A stretch of 63,895 nucleotides of DNA, taken from positions 1 through 63,895 of the forward strand of contig CACIYA010000001.1 in the NCBI GenBank assembly GCA_902590755.1, in the 5' to 3' direction. A program made the position numbers and the translations under genes. Positions 31,336 through 43,390 of the stretch are shown here, piece after piece (the first letter of the stretch is position 1; each line of letters starts with the position of its first letter). The notes under the pieces are model-generated. The model was not told the origin of the DNA. It did not search any database and saw nothing but the letters and a program-made list of their open reading frames with translations. Origin of the DNA: an uncultured Pelagibacteraceae bacterium. GTDB taxonomy: Bacteria; Pseudomonadota; Alphaproteobacteria; Pelagibacterales; Pelagibacteraceae.

Positions 31336-34300
31336 ATATCTTGCAAAGAAGTTACACTAATATCTTTTAATTTTAGAGATTTGATACCTTCCAGACAAAC
31401 TTTAGCGGTGGACATATTAGTGCAGTATGGAACTTTATTGGTTAAAGTAGCTCTTCTTAATGCAAGAGCGTCGCTCAACTGAGACTCACTATTTCCCCCT
31501 CCAGTATTAATAACCAAAGCTATTTTTTTAGCATTTAAAACGTCCACGATATGTGGAGAACCCTGATTAACTTTATTTATTTTCTTACACTTAATTCCAT
31601 GCTGGCTTATATAATCAGCTGTACCTCCGGTTCCGCAAAGTTTAAAATTTAACTTAATTAATTGTTTTGCCAACTGTACTCCCTCTTCTTTGTGACTATT
31701 TTTCAAAGAGATAAAAGCTAAACCTTTTTTGGGAAGGGAGTTTGCGGCTGCGATTTGACTTTTAGCAAAAGCCATCCCAAAATTTTTATCAAACCCCATA
31801 ACCTCTCCTGTAGATTTCATTTCTGGCCCAAGTAAAAGATCGCTATTTGGAAATTTATTAAATGGAAAGACTGCCTCTTTTACCGCAAACATATCTTTCG
31901 TTTTACTTCTTAAATTAAACTTTAATAACTTTTCTCCTGCCATCACTCTTGAAGCTATCTTAGCAAGAGGTAAATTTTTCGCTTTTGAAACAAATGGAAC
32001 AGTCCTACTAGCTCTAGGATTAACCTCTATTACATAAATCTGATCTTTTTTAATTGCATATTGAACGTTCATGAAACCTTTAACTTTGAGAGCTAAGGCT
32101 AATTTTTTTGTTTGATTTTCAATTTCTTTAATTAAAAAAGGTTTTATCGATACTGGTGGTAAGCTACATGCAGAGTCACCTGAGTGAATTCCAGCTTCTT
32201 CTATATGTTGCATAATCCCAGCTACGAAAACATTTTTTCCATCTGAAATTGCATCAACATCTACCTCCATCGCGTTATCAATAAATTTATCAATTAAGAT
32301 TGGGTTTTTTTCAGCTACTTTAAATGCTTCCTTTACAAATTCTTTTAGCTGGCTTTTTTCGTGAACGATTTCCATTGCTCTTCCTCCTAAAACATAAGAC
32401 GGCCTTACCATTAAAGGCAAACCAATTTTGTCAGCAATTTTTAATGCTTGTGGGAAGGTTCTCGCTATACCACTCTCAGCTTGTTTTAAATTTAATTTAT
32501 TTAAAAGATTTCTAAATCTATCTCTATCTTCGGCAAGATCAATCGATGAATATTGAGTTCCTAAAATTGGAAGTCTATTTTCATGTAAAAATTTTGCAAG
32601 TTTTATAGGAGTTTGACCTCCAAATTGAGTAATGACACCTTTTACGTAACCCTTTGATTGCTCTCTTTTAATTATGTTAAAGACATATTCATCAATTAAT
32701 GGTTCAAAATAAAGTCTGTCACTCGTATCGTAATCCGTTGAAACAGTTTCTGGATTACAATTAACCATGATTGTTTCATATTTAGCTTCTTTTAAAGCAA
32801 AACTAGCTTGGCAACAGCAATAATCAAACTCTATTCCCTGACCAATTCTATTCGGCCCCCCTCCAAGTATTATAATCTTATTCTTGTTAGAAGGGTCAGC
32901 CTCACATTCTGAATTAGAGGAGAAATTTCTTTGGTAGGTAGAATACATATAAGGAGTGAAAGATTTAAATTCTGCAGCACAAGTATCAACTTTTTTATAA
33001 ACTGGTAAAACTTTTAAAGCAGCTCTTTTCTTTCTAACAAATGACTCTGAAGTATTTGTAAGTTCGGATAATTTTTTATCTGAAAATCCTATAGACTTTA
33101 TGTAATTGAATTCATTGAAATTTTTAGGTAGACCTTTTTTCTTTATTTTAATTTCATTCTCTACAATTTCTTTTATTTGATTTAAAAACCAAGGATCAAT
33201 TTTTGAAAGTTTATAAATATCCTTTAAATTTATTTTTTTTCTTAAAGCCTCTCCAACTAGTAAAATTTTATTTGGAATATTTTCTTTAAGTTTTTTTCTA
33301 ATTTGTTTCGTATTCAAGTTAAATATTTGGTCTAATCCTGAGAATCCTGTCTCTAGAGATACCAAAGCTTTTTGAAGAGACTCTTTAAAATTTCTACCAA
33401 TAGCCATTGTTTCTCCCACCGATTTCATCGATGTTCCCAAAACTGCAGCTGAAGAGGAAAATTTTTCAAAAGTAAATCTTGGGATTTTAGTTACCACATA
33501 GTCTATCGTGGGTTCAAAAGATGCAGGCGTAACTTTCGTAATTTCATTTTTTAATTCGTCTAACGTGTAACCAACAGCTAACTTTGCTGCCACTTTTGCT
33601 ATTGGAAACCCTGTGGCTTTAGAAGCTAGCGCTGATGATCTTGAAACTCTGGGGTTCATTTCAATAATTACCATTCTTCCATTTTTTGGATTTATCGCAA
33701 ATTGAACATTTGATCCCCCGGTTTCCACACCAATTTTTCTCAAGCAAGCGATAGAGGCATTCCTCATAACCTGATACTCTTTATCGGTCAAAGTAAGTGC
33801 TGGGGCGATAGTTACTGAGTCCCCAGTGTGAATACCCATGGGATCTAAATTTTCTATTGAGCAAATAATAATGCAATTGTCATTTTTATCTCTTACAACT
33901 TCCATCTCAAATTCTTTCCAACCCTCTAAGCACTCTTCAACTAAGACTTGATTGACAGGTGACTCGAGTAGACCATTTTTTATTATCTTGTAAAATTCTC
34001 TTTTACTTTTAGCGATGCCACCTCCTAAACCGCCTAGAGTAAAAGCCGGCCTTATAATTGCTGGTAATCTGATTTGTTTTAATACTTTAGAAGATTGATT
34101 AAAGTTATTTACTATTTTTGATTTGGGAAGATCTAACCCAATCTCTATCATATTTTTTCTGAACTTTTTTCTATCTTCTGCATTGGATATTGCCTTTGAA
34201 TTTGCACCTATGAGTTCAACTTTATATTTTTTAAGAATTCCTTTTTTTTCTGCTTCCATTGCTAAATTTAATGCGGTTTGACCGCCCATAGTTGGTAAAA

Positions 34301-34556
34301 TTGCATCAGGTTTTTCTTTAATAAGAATTTTTTCAAGAACTTCTATTGTAATAGGTTCAATGTAAGTTTTATCAGCAACGTTTGGATCTGTCATAATTGT
34401 AGCTGGATTTGAGTTTATGAGAATTACCTTGAAGCCTTCATCCTTTAAAGCTTTGCAAGCTTGAGTACCTGAATAATCAAATTCACAAGCTTGACCAATA
34501 ATAATCGGCCCCGCACCGACAACTAAAATCTTTTTAATATCTTTTCTTTTTGGCAT
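31332..34556 (-). CDS. carB: Carbamoyl-phosphate synthase large subunit
   Basis: [16 protein letters not shown], duplicated ATP-grasp domains, MGS domain. Confidence 0.99.
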   Translation of the reverse strand: MPKRKDIKKILVVGAGPIIIGQACEFDYSGTQACKALKDEGFKVILINSNPATIMTDPNVADKTYIEPITIEVLEKILIKEKPDAILPTMGGQTALNLAMEAEKKGILKKYKVELIGANSKAISNAEDRKKFRKNMIEIGLDLPKSKIVNNFNQSSKVLKQIRLPAIIRPAFTLGGLGGGIAKSKREFYKIIKNGLLESPVNQVLVEECLEGWKEFEMEVVRDKNDNCIIICSIENLDPMGIHTGDSVTIAPALTLTDKEYQVMRNASIACLRKIGVETGGSNVQFAINPKNGRMVIIEMNPRVSRSSALASKATGFPIAKVAAKLAVGYTLDELKNEITKVTPASFEPTIDYVVTKIPRFTFEKFSSSAAVLGTSMKSVGETMAIGRNFKESLQKALVSLETGFSGLDQIFNLNTKQIRKKLKENIPNKILLVGEALRKKINLKDIYKLSKIDPWFLNQIKEIVENEIKIKKKGLPKNFNEFNYIKSIGFSDKKLSELTNTSESFVRKKRAALKVLPVYKKVDTCAAEFKSFTPYMYSTYQRNFSSNSECEADPSNKNKIIILGGGPNRIGQGIEFDYCCCQASFALKEAKYETIMVNCNPETVSTDYDTSDRLYFEPLIDEYVFNIIKREQSKGYVKGVITQFGGQTPIKLAKFLHENRLPILGTQYSSIDLAEDRDRFRNLLNKLNLKQAESGIARTFPQALKIADKIGLPLMVRPSYVLGGRAMEIVHEKSQLKEFVKEAFKVAEKNPILIDKFIDNAMEVDVDAISDGKNVFVAGIMQHIEEAGIHSGDSACSLPPVSIKPFLIKEIENQTKKLALALKVKGFMNVQYAIKKDQIYVIEVNPRASRTVPFVSKAKNLPLAKIASRVMAGEKLLKFNLRSKTKDMFAVKEAVFPFNKFPNSDLLLGPEMKSTGEVMGFDKNFGMAFAKSQIAAANSLPKKGLAFISLKNSHKEEGVQLAKQLIKLNFKLCGTGGTADYISQHGIKCKKINKVNQGSPHIVDVLNAKKIALVINTGGGNSESQLSDALALRRATLTNKVPYCTNMSTAKVCLEGIKSLKLKDISVTSLQDI

Positions 34557-35742
34557 TTTTTTTCATACTTTTTATAAATTTATCAAATAAATAAACGCTA
34601 TCTTGAGGACCAGGGTTAGATTCTGGATGATATTGAACTGAGAAAACAGGTTTATTCTTTAATTCAATACCCTCAATACTATTATCGAATAAAGACTGGT
34701 GTGTAACTCTTATATTTTTTGGTAAACCTTTTTTAACTACTTCAAATCCGTGATTCTGACTTGTAATTTCAACATTTCCCTCAATTAGATTTTTAACAGG
34801 ATGGTTAGCACCTCTATGGCCTAATTTCATTTTTTCTGTCTTAGCGCCAAGCGCTAAAGCAAGCATTTGATGACCTAAACAAATTCCAAATAATGGTAAC
34901 TTTTTTTGAATTAAATCTTGGATTATTGGTATAGCATATTTTCCAGTTGCGGCAGGATCACCAGGTCCGTTAGATAGAAATATCCCATTAGGCTTCAGCT
35001 TAAGAATATCCTTCGCACTTGTCTTGCATGGTACTACTGTAACTTTACAATTAAAATCTGAAAAATATCTTAAAATATTTTTCTTAATTCCATAGTCTAT
35101 TGCTACTACATGTAATAATTTTTTTTTATTTTTTAAATATCCATTTTCTTTTTTCCATGTCTTATAATCCTGCCACAAATAATTCTTCTTAGTTGTAACC
35201 TGTTTTGCTAAATCTAGGTTTTTAAGACCACTCCATTTATTAGTGACTTTAAAAAGTTTTTTTATATTTACTTTATTTTTATCATAGAAGGAAATCGTCC
35301 CCTTTGGGGCACCTTTATCTCTAATAAAATTTGTTAAATTTCTAGTATCAATTCCAGTTATTCCAACTATCTTATTCTTCTTTAACCATTGATCCAGGTG
35401 CTTTAAAGATCTGTAATTTGATGGATTAGTTATTTCAGTGTTTATTATCACTCCCTTTGTCCATATTTTATCAGACTCATGGTCTTCTTTATTTGTTCCA
35501 ACATTACCAACGTGAGGAAAAGTAAAGGTTATAATTTGATCTGCATAAGAAGGATCAGAAATTATCTCTTGGTAACCGGTAATTGAAGTATTAAAACATA
35601 CTTCACCAGTAGCAGTACCCCTGTAACCTAAACCTACACCTTTAAAAAATTTACCGTTTTGAAGGACTAGAATAGCAGTGGAATCGATCTTTTTAAGATT
35701 TTTTTTAGAGTTTATATTTTGATTAACTTTCTTCAAATACAA
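34534..35742 (-). CDS. carA: Carbamoyl-phosphate synthase small subunit
   Basis: GEVCFNT..TGYQE, SNGPGDP, GICLGHQ, QYHPE; the TTG start is uncertain. Confidence 0.97.
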   Translation of the reverse strand: MYLKKVNQNINSKKNLKKIDSTAILVLQNGKFFKGVGLGYRGTATGEVCFNTSITGYQEIISDPSYADQIITFTFPHVGNVGTNKEDHESDKIWTKGVIINTEITNPSNYRSLKHLDQWLKKNKIVGITGIDTRNLTNFIRDKGAPKGTISFYDKNKVNIKKLFKVTNKWSGLKNLDLAKQVTTKKNYLWQDYKTWKKENGYLKNKKKLLHVVAIDYGIKKNILRYFSDFNCKVTVVPCKTSAKDILKLKPNGIFLSNGPGDPAATGKYAIPIIQDLIQKKLPLFGICLGHQMLALALGAKTEKMKLGHRGANHPVKNLIEGNVEITSQNHGFEVVKKGLPKNIRVTHQSLFDNSIEGIELKNKPVFSVQYHPESNPGPQDSVYLFDKFIKSMKKNAKKKRY

Positions 35743-35865
35743 CTCATGAGTTAAAGTAAAAAACTTATAAACATGATTTTGCGCAAGATATGAAATAGTT
35801 TGAAAATCGTCAAGAAAGTTCTTTTTATTTTATATAAGAATTGTGATTAAACTGAAATATTTGAT

Positions 35866-36321
35866 ATGGCTCTAAAAAAACAAATTGAGGACAAGCTCAA
35901 TGTGGCTCTAAAAGCCAAAGATAAAAACACTTATCCAACTTTAAGGCTTATAGTTTCAGCAATAAAAGACGCAGAGATAGCTGGGCGTACAAATAAACAA
36001 AAAGAAATTAAGGACAGTGACATAATTTCATTGCTTAAAAAAATGATTAAGCAAAGGACTGAGTCTTCCGAGGTATATAAAAAAGCTGGCAGAAACGAAC
36101 TTTTAGAAAATGAGGAAAAAGAAATTAAGGTTATAAGTACTTTTTTGCCTAAACAGCTAAGTGATGATGAAACCAAAAAGATTTGTCAGGAAGTGATTAA
36201 ATCTACAAGTGCCTCATCAATGAAAGATATGGGTAAAATTATGGGAGTTTTAAAATCAAAATATCCTGATAGTCTTGATTTTTCAAAAGTTAGTTCAATA
36301 ATTAAGGGTCTTTTGAGTTAA
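35866..36321 (+). CDS. GatB/YqeY domain protein
   Basis: KQR.ES...Y..AGR..L, FLPKQL, MKDMGKIMG. Confidence 0.92.
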   Translation: MALKKQIEDKLNVALKAKDKNTYPTLRLIVSAIKDAEIAGRTNKQKEIKDSDIISLLKKMIKQRTESSEVYKKAGRNELLENEEKEIKVISTFLPKQLSDDETKKICQEVIKSTSASSMKDMGKIMGVLKSKYPDSLDFSKVSSIIKGLLS

Positions 36322-38108
36322 TGAAATATCCCAAAGAATATTTAGATGAGATTAAATTGAGATTAAAAGTTTCACAAGTTGTAAGAAAAACTGTTCAGCT
36401 TAAAAAAAGGGGTAAAGAGTTCGTTGGTTTATCGCCGTTTAAAAACGAGAAGACCCCATCTTTTACCGTAAATGATGAAAAAGAATTTTATCACTGTTTT
36501 AGCACTGGCGAACATGGAAATATTTTTGATTTCTTAATGAAAACGAAATCAATTGGCTTTGGAGAAGCAGTAAAAACTTTAGCAGCAGAGGCAGGCATGC
36601 AACCTTATAGATTTTCCAATTTTGATAAAAAAAAAGACTTAAGGTATCAAACATATAAAAATATATATAAAGATTACTCTAATTATTTTTATCAGCAATT
36701 ACATAACAGTAATAATAAAGAGGCTTTAGAATATCTAAACAAAAGAGGATTAAAAAAAGATATCATCGATGAGTTTAAGTTAGGTTATGTGCCTTGGAAA
36801 AATAACTTTTACGAAGAATTATTAAGAAAATATTCAGAGGATGATATAAATTTAACTGGGCTTTATTACAAAAGTGATAAGACTGGTAAATATATAGATA
36901 GATTTAATTCTAGAATAATTTTTCCTGTTAATAATATTGCTGGAGACGCAATAGCTTTTGGCGGAAGAATAATAAAAGAAAATAAATTAGCAAAATATAT
37001 TAATTCTCCCGAAACCGAGTTTTATAAAAAAGGAAATATGATTTTTAATTTAGACAAGGCAAAAAATTTAAGATCTGAAACTGACGATGTTTTAATTGTG
37101 GAAGGATATATGGATGTTGTAAGTGTATTTGCATCAGGCATAAAAAACGTAATTTCTAACTCGGGGACTGCAATTACTGAAAGACAAATTAATTTAATTT
37201 GGAAGTTTTTTTCTAATCCAATCATTTGTTTAGATGGAGATGAAAGTGGACAAAAAGCAGCTCTTAGAATCGCGGAAAGATTATTTCCTTTAATAAATGA
37301 AAATAATAAGATTTATTTTTCTGAAATGCCAGAAGGCAAAGATCCTGATGATTATATTAAAGAAAATGGAAAAGAAGGTTTGTTAAGTTTGATTAGGAAA
37401 AAGGTTATCATACAATCTTTTATTTGGGACCATCAAATTAACAAGATAGATTTAAACAACCCTTATGAAATTTCAAAATTTGAAAAAGATTTAAAACGTC
37501 TTTCTTATTCAATTAAAGATGAAATCATAAAAAAATATGTTCTAGAAGATTTTCTAGAAAAGCTAAGAAAACTTACTCCTATTCAAGCTTCGAAACAAAA
37601 TTATAACAATTATTTATTGAAAAAGAAAAAGGATAACAGAATTTTAAGGGAGACGAAGATCTTACATCAAAAAAAAGAAAATTTATCCAAAATTGAAATA
37701 ATTGAATTTTCTATTTTGTTTATAATTTTAAATTATTTTGAATTAGCATCAAAAAAAATTGATGATCTATCAAGTATAGAATTTCAGTCTCAAAAAAATG
37801 AAGACCTTAAAAATACAATTATAAATGCGATTTCTCAAGGTAATGAAAATGAAAATCTTAAATTAAAGATTACGACCGATTATAGCGATATTAGAAGAGA
37901 AATACATGAAAATTCAAATATACAAATCATTACAAAAAACAAATCAGATCACGAAGTTTTAGAATTACTAGATGAACTTGTTAAAGATCATAAGGACCAG
38001 ACTAATCTAAAAAAAATAGAATCTCTTGAAAAGAAATTAATCAACAACTTAGATGAAAACTCGTATACAGAGTTAATTAAGCTCAAAAGTCAATTAAATA
38101 GGGAATAA
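36321..38108 (+). CDS. dnaG: DNA primase
   Basis: EKTPSF, FGGR, KYINSPET, VEGYMDV, DGD..G, KDPD. Confidence 0.97.
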   Translation: MKYPKEYLDEIKLRLKVSQVVRKTVQLKKRGKEFVGLSPFKNEKTPSFTVNDEKEFYHCFSTGEHGNIFDFLMKTKSIGFGEAVKTLAAEAGMQPYRFSNFDKKKDLRYQTYKNIYKDYSNYFYQQLHNSNNKEALEYLNKRGLKKDIIDEFKLGYVPWKNNFYEELLRKYSEDDINLTGLYYKSDKTGKYIDRFNSRIIFPVNNIAGDAIAFGGRIIKENKLAKYINSPETEFYKKGNMIFNLDKAKNLRSETDDVLIVEGYMDVVSVFASGIKNVISNSGTAITERQINLIWKFFSNPIICLDGDESGQKAALRIAERLFPLINENNKIYFSEMPEGKDPDDYIKENGKEGLLSLIRKKVIIQSFIWDHQINKIDLNNPYEISKFEKDLKRLSYSIKDEIIKKYVLEDFLEKLRKLTPIQASKQNYNNYLLKKKKDNRILRETKILHQKKENLSKIEIIEFSILFIILNYFELASKKIDDLSSIEFQSQKNEDLKNTIINAISQGNENENLKLKITTDYSDIRREIHENSNIQIITKNKSDHEVLELLDELVKDHKDQTNLKKIESLEKKLINNLDENSYTELIKLKSQLNRE

Positions 38109-38161
38109 ATATACTCTAGATTTTTTTTTCTTAGTCATTATATATAACATTCATTTCATTT

Positions 38162-40012
38162 ATGGCTGAAAAACTGATTACAAAATCATTCGAAAGATTA
38201 CTAGATAAAGGAAAGCATAGGGGATTTATAACCTATGAAGAGTTAGGAAAATCTCTTGGAAAAAGGAACAGCACTCACGAAAACTTAGAAAAAGCATTTA
38301 TAGTTTTAGTTGATGAAAAGATAACTTTAGTAGAAAAAAAATCAGAGTATCAATCCAATAAGAAAAAAGAAGTTTCTAATACATCTGAAGAGAAAACATC
38401 TGATAAAAGCGATGATCCCATAAGAATGTATTTAAGAGAGATGGGGGGAGTTGAGTTATTATCAAGAGAAGGTGAAATAGCAATTGCAAAAAGGATAGAA
38501 GCTGGAAAAGATGTAATGATAAACGCTCTCACACAAAGTCCTATTATAGGAAAAAAAATTTCAGAGTGGAAAGAGCAAATAGAAAATCAACAATTATTGG
38601 TACGAGATATAATTGATATCGACTCCACATATGAAGATTTCGAAGCGTCAGATGATGGAGATGAAGTGAAAGTAAAAAAAGAAAAAGATAAAAAAGATCC
38701 TTTAGAGGAAAAAAAAGAAGATAGTCCTAATAATGACGACGACGAATTCAATGTTTCTTTGGCTAAGATGGAAGAAGAAATAAAGCCGAAAATTCTTAAT
38801 ATTTTAGATTCTCTCAACAAAAATTATTCTAAACTTAAAAAATATCAGTTGGAGAAACTTGAATGTTTGCTAGAATCAAAAGAACTTTCAGTATCAAAAA
38901 ATAAGAATTTTAAAAAAATACAGGAAATATTAGTTGATAATTTTAAAAATTTACAGCTAGCACCTCACGTAGTTGAGGAATTAGTTCAGTCTCATTATAA
39001 AGAAAACAAAAAAATTGTTTCTCTTGAAGGAGTACTTCTTAGACTAGCATTAGATAATAATATTTCAAGGGAAGAATTTCTTAAGTATTATTTAGGAAAT
39101 GAAATTAATCCAAAATTTGAGTCTTTTTTAAAAGAAAATCCAACATGGAAATCTTTTTTCAAAAAATTCAAAAAAGACTTCTCAGAAATTAGAGATCGTT
39201 TAGTAGAATTTAGTAAAAAAATTGGTCTTTCCGTTGGAGAGTTTAAAAAACTTGTTAGCAGAATTCAAAAAGGTGAGAGAGAGTCAAGAATAGCAAAAAA
39301 AGAAATGGTTGAAGCAAACTTAAGGTTAGTTATTTCTATTGCAAAAAAATATACTAACAGAGGCCTCCAATTTTTAGATCTTATTCAAGAGGGAAATATT
39401 GGCTTAATGAAAGCAGTAGACAAGTTCGAGTATAGAAGAGGATATAAATTTTCAACTTACGCCACTTGGTGGATAAGACAAGCTATTACAAGGTCAATTG
39501 CTGATCAAGCTAGAACAATAAGAATTCCTGTTCACATGATTGAAACAATAAACAAAATAGTTAGAACTCAAAGACAAATAATGAGTGAGTTTGGAAGAGA
39601 ACCAACACCAGAGGAATTATCAAAAAAATTAGCCATGCCCTTGGAAAAAGTTAGAAAAGTTTTAAAAATTGCAAAAGAACCTGTGTCTTTAGAAACGCCT
39701 GTCGGTGATGAGGAAGACAGTAGTCTGGGTGATTTTATTGAAGATAAAAATGCACTGCAACCTTTAGATACAGCAATCCAATCTAACCTAAGCGAGTCTA
39801 CAACTAAAATTCTTGCATCGCTGACCCCAAGGGAAGAAAGAGTTTTAAGAATGCGTTTTGGCATAGGTATGAATACCGATCATACTTTAGAAGAGGTAGG
39901 TTTACAATTTTCAGTGACGAGGGAAAGAATTAGACAAATTGAAGCAAAAGCTTTAAGAAAACTAAAACATCCAAGCAGATCAAAACAACTAAAAAGTTTC
40001 CTAGAAAAATAA
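38162..40012 (+). CDS. rpoD: RNA polymerase primary sigma factor
   Basis: [45 protein letters not shown]. Confidence 0.99.
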   Translation: MAEKLITKSFERLLDKGKHRGFITYEELGKSLGKRNSTHENLEKAFIVLVDEKITLVEKKSEYQSNKKKEVSNTSEEKTSDKSDDPIRMYLREMGGVELLSREGEIAIAKRIEAGKDVMINALTQSPIIGKKISEWKEQIENQQLLVRDIIDIDSTYEDFEASDDGDEVKVKKEKDKKDPLEEKKEDSPNNDDDEFNVSLAKMEEEIKPKILNILDSLNKNYSKLKKYQLEKLECLLESKELSVSKNKNFKKIQEILVDNFKNLQLAPHVVEELVQSHYKENKKIVSLEGVLLRLALDNNISREEFLKYYLGNEINPKFESFLKENPTWKSFFKKFKKDFSEIRDRLVEFSKKIGLSVGEFKKLVSRIQKGERESRIAKKEMVEANLRLVISIAKKYTNRGLQFLDLIQEGNIGLMKAVDKFEYRRGYKFSTYATWWIRQAITRSIADQARTIRIPVHMIETINKIVRTQRQIMSEFGREPTPEELSKKLAMPLEKVRKVLKIAKEPVSLETPVGDEEDSSLGDFIEDKNALQPLDTAIQSNLSESTTKILASLTPREERVLRMRFGIGMNTDHTLEEVGLQFSVTRERIRQIEAKALRKLKHPSRSKQLKSFLEK

Positions 40013-40042
40013 TTTTTTGTGGTGTAAAAGATAATCTATAAT

Positions 40043-40119
40043 GGGCCTGTAGCTCAGTTGGTTAGAGCAGTACACTCATAATGTATTGGTCCCAGGTTCG
40101 AGTCCTGGCGGGCCCACCA
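40043..40119 (+). tRNA. tRNA with CAT anticodon, most likely tRNA-Ile2 (lysidine-modified)
   Basis: GGGCCTG/CGGGCCC acceptor, anticodon loop CTCATAA, GGTTCGAGTCC, CCA. A paired G1:C72 and no GGG/CCC anticodon stem exclude fMet. Sequence type and position after rpoD resemble E. coli ileX. Confidence 0.9.
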
Positions 40120-40141
40120 GTTATATTATACAATACGTTCG

Positions 40142-41206
40142 ATGAAATATATAATTAATCATCCAAGGTTCAAAAAAAAATATGATAACAATTTAAAGAT
40201 ACAGGAAAAATTTAATGATAGTAAAATTAATAAATTTCCAATTTATGATAAAAATTATTTCGATTTTTTTACTAATTACGCATCACAAAATTATAGATTA
40301 AATAAAAACCCATGTTTATGTGGGGTCGAAAATGATATTTTACTTTCTGAAACCGATAGGCATTACGTAAATTTTAATATTGTAGTTTGTAAAAATTGTG
40401 GTCTTATCAGAGCAGAAAAATATTATAGAGAGGAAGATGTAATAGATTTTTATAAAAATTTTTATAGAACAGTTCATTATAGGGAAGATTATAAAGATAA
40501 AACACCTGAGGACGCTTTTTTAAAGCAAAAAAAAGACTCAAAATTTAAATTTGATTTAATAAAAAAAAGTTCAAAATATGATTTACAAAATTTAAAAATT
40601 GTAGATCTTGGGGGTGGCGCAGGTGGAGTCCTCGCTCATTTTGATGAAAAAAATGAAAAATATTTATTTGATTTTTATGATCCATATTTAAATTTTGCAA
40701 AAACAAAAGGAATATATTCCGTCAAAGGCGGGTTAGAAAAAATTGACTTCAAGCCAGATATTATAATTTTGTCTCATGTAATTGAACATTGGAACAATTT
40801 TAATGAGGAAATAAAAAAGTTAATTGATCTTCAAAAAGAAAATCACACTCTAAACTATATTGAATTTCCTGGCATAGACTCTATTAAAAAAGGAAGAAGA
40901 GAAGGCGATGTACTTGGTGATTTTCATATTCCCCATGTTTATTACTTTACATCCTATGTATTTGAAAATTTAATGAATAGGCATGGTTTTGAAAAAGTTT
41001 ATATAGATTCACAGATTAAGTCTGTCTTTATTTTTACTGGAAGAAAAAAAAAATTGATAAATTATTATAATAAATGCCGTCAAGATTTATTTGAAGGGGA
41101 AAAAGCGAGAAAAATTCAAATTTTTAAAAATTTAATTAAATTCTTTTTACCTGCAAAAATTATTCACTTGATAAGTAAAGTAAGAAATAAAAAAATTAAA
41201 TTTTAA
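40142..41206 (+). CDS. Class I SAM-dependent methyltransferase with N-terminal Cys cluster
   Basis: CLC...CKNCG, motif I VDLGGGAGG, SHVIEH, H.YYF. Confidence 0.8.
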   Translation: MKYIINHPRFKKKYDNNLKIQEKFNDSKINKFPIYDKNYFDFFTNYASQNYRLNKNPCLCGVENDILLSETDRHYVNFNIVVCKNCGLIRAEKYYREEDVIDFYKNFYRTVHYREDYKDKTPEDAFLKQKKDSKFKFDLIKKSSKYDLQNLKIVDLGGGAGGVLAHFDEKNEKYLFDFYDPYLNFAKTKGIYSVKGGLEKIDFKPDIIILSHVIEHWNNFNEEIKKLIDLQKENHTLNYIEFPGIDSIKKGRREGDVLGDFHIPHVYYFTSYVFENLMNRHGFEKVYIDSQIKSVFIFTGRKKKLINYYNKCRQDLFEGEKARKIQIFKNLIKFFLPAKIIHLISKVRNKKIKF

Positions 41207-41208
41207 GC

Positions 41209-41796
41209 TTAAAATTCCTCTAGTTTATTTATTAAAAATTCTAAGTCGTTGTTGTTTGAATTCAAAATTGAAGCAAATTCCTCTTTTTGTGTTCGAGCTA
41301 AACTAAGACCCTCGACAATTAAATCTCTAATTAGGGGTTTTTCAGGATCTTTTGTATATACTCTCCAATCAATTTTAATTTCTACCCCACCATTTGAAGG
41401 AGAAACTTTAGAGCTTACAATCGTATAGTTTGTGCTTTTTTTATCAGCACCAACAACCTCGAATTTACTAGAGGAGTAGTCATTAAGTCTTGAAGTTAAG
41501 GTTTTTAAAAAATATCTTTCGAATGCTTTCTTGTATTTAATCACATCTTCTTTTGATGAGGTTTTTCTTAATTCACCAAGTGTGTAAAGACTTAAAGCAT
41601 TAATATCAACATTTTCTAATGCAATTTTCTCGACAAAGTTCTTTTTTTCATCTTCAGTTAAATTTTTATCTGCTAATTTACCTATTGTTTCGTTTACTAA
41701 CTCATTTACAAATTCTTTCGGGTCCGAACTAAAAGCTAAAGCTAATGAGTTAAAGAAAACAATTATAAAAGTTGAGCATATAACGAAATTTCTCAT
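41209..41796 (-). CDS. mlaC: Phospholipid-binding periplasmic protein MlaC/Ttg2D
   Basis: Signal peptide, IDWR, I.DLIVEGLSL..TQKEEF.S; paired with mlaA. Confidence 0.88.
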   Translation of the reverse strand: MRNFVICSTFIIVFFNSLALAFSSDPKEFVNELVNETIGKLADKNLTEDEKKNFVEKIALENVDINALSLYTLGELRKTSSKEDVIKYKKAFERYFLKTLTSRLNDYSSSKFEVVGADKKSTNYTIVSSKVSPSNGGVEIKIDWRVYTKDPEKPLIRDLIVEGLSLARTQKEEFASILNSNNNDLEFLINKLEEF

Positions 41797-41807
41797 CTAA
41801 AATGTTT

Positions 41808-42551
41808 TTAATTATCTAAATTTCCCCAATCATCATCTTCCACAATAGAATTTTTTATTTTATTTACCCTATCTTGGAGATAAACACTCTTGAAAGAGGA
41901 ATATAAATCGATAGAATTTTTTTCTACGCTTTCAAAATTGATAATATTATCTGATCTAAAATCTATTGCTGTAGCACCCTTTACAGAATAATAATCAAGA
42001 TCGTTTCCTGATATACTTAAAAGTTCATTTTCCCTTATTGTTACATGAGCAAAAGGATCAATAAAAGTATCAGCTATTAAACCAAAAGAGTCCCTTACTG
42101 TAGTAGGACCGAAAACTGGTAAAACAAAATAACATCCTGGACCGATGCCATATGCTCCTAATGTTTGTCCGACATCCTCTTTATGTGGTTTTAAACCCAT
42201 TTTTTCTGCTGGATTTAAAAAACCTAGAATTCCAAATGTTGAGTTTACAAAAAAACTACCTGTCGCATGACCAACTTGTTTTAAATTTCCTTGTAATAAA
42301 GAGTTTGGGATTGAGAGCAGGGTTGCTATATTTGAGGTAAAATTACTTGTTCCGTTTTTTATTGGTTTCGGAAGCTTATTATACCCTTTAGCGATCGGTT
42401 CAAGAATTACGTCATCAAAAGCTAAATTAAATTTAAAAATTGACCTACTTACCCCTTCGAAACATTCATTAGTTGCTTCTGCAGATCTAGGTGTAAAAAC
42501 CAGACTTACAGTTATCAAGCAAAATATTGCTGTAATCTTTTTTAAAAACAT
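41808..42551 (-). CDS. mlaA: VacJ/MlaA family protein
   Basis: R.IFKFN..FD, NST.GILG, ED.GQTL, YFVLP.FGPTT.RD. Confidence 0.92.
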   Translation of the reverse strand: MFLKKITAIFCLITVSLVFTPRSAEATNECFEGVSRSIFKFNLAFDDVILEPIAKGYNKLPKPIKNGTSNFTSNIATLLSIPNSLLQGNLKQVGHATGSFFVNSTFGILGFLNPAEKMGLKPHKEDVGQTLGAYGIGPGCYFVLPVFGPTTVRDSFGLIADTFIDPFAHVTIRENELLSISGNDLDYYSVKGATAIDFRSDNIINFESVEKNSIDLYSSFKSVYLQDRVNKIKNSIVEDDDWGNLDN

Positions 42552-42633
42552 CTATACGCTATATATATAATTTTACCGCTTATACTATACAAAAAATAAC
42601 AAAAAAAGGTTATATTATTAAATTGACTTAAAT

Positions 42634-43362
42634 ATGAAACAAAGATTAATCCTATCTCCAAATTTTTCAAATAAATCAAGGTCAAAAAGTAATATTAAAT
42701 TTGTGATTATTCATTACACAGGTATGCAATCTGAAATTGAATCCTTGAAAAGATTAAAAAATGTTAAATCAAAGGTTAGCTGTCACTATTTAATAAACAG
42801 AAAAGGAAATGTAACAAAATTAGTAGATGAAAATAAAATAGCTTGGCATGCTGGTAAATCAAAGTGGAAAAAATTCAATAATTTAAACAACAAATCATTA
42901 GGGATAGAACTAGTAAACAAAGGTCATCAATATGGTTATGAAAAATTTACCATACCACAAATTAGAAGTCTTACTAAGTTATGTAAAAAATTCAAAAAAA
43001 TTTATAAAATTAAGAGTCAACATTTTCTAGGACATTCTGATATTGCGCCTATTAGAAAAAAAGATCCTGGAGAAAAATTCCCATGGAAAAAATTAAGTAA
43101 ATTTGGAATTGGAAATTGGTATAAAAAAATAAATTTTAATCGCAAGGAAATAAAAGATTCAAAAAAAAGAAATATTTTTTTTAAAAATTTAAATAAAATT
43201 GGTTATAGGTATTTTAGTCTAGAAAGAGAAAACAAAAAAATAGATTCATTAGTAATAAAATCTTTTCAACGTCGCTATCTCCCCAGAAAATTGACTGGAA
43301 AAATTGACAAAAAAACCTTCGAAATTTGCTATTTTTTAGCAAATGTTAAGAAAAAAACTTGA
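42634..43362 (+). CDS. N-acetylmuramoyl-L-alanine amidase (Amidase_2, AmpD/AmiD-like)
   Basis: IIHYTG, VS.HY.I, AWHAG, SLGIELVN, GHSD..P.RK.DPG. Confidence 0.93.
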   Translation: MKQRLILSPNFSNKSRSKSNIKFVIIHYTGMQSEIESLKRLKNVKSKVSCHYLINRKGNVTKLVDENKIAWHAGKSKWKKFNNLNNKSLGIELVNKGHQYGYEKFTIPQIRSLTKLCKKFKKIYKIKSQHFLGHSDIAPIRKKDPGEKFPWKKLSKFGIGNWYKKINFNRKEIKDSKKRNIFFKNLNKIGYRYFSLERENKKIDSLVIKSFQRRYLPRKLTGKIDKKTFEICYFLANVKKKT

Positions 43363-43390
43363 ATATATAAAAATAATCTATAGATTGAAA

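Noticed and set aside
40043-40119. tRNA-Met or tRNA-fMet call for the CAT tRNA
   Set aside because: It lacks the initiator C1:A72 mismatch and three G:C anticodon pairs; acceptor sequence and position after rpoD fit Ile2 better. Elongator Met is not fully excluded.
40043-41220. Prophage or integrative element at tRNA-Ile2 (also checked tRNA-Gln)
   Set aside because: No integrase and no direct repeat of the tRNA 3' end seen; core genes resume immediately.
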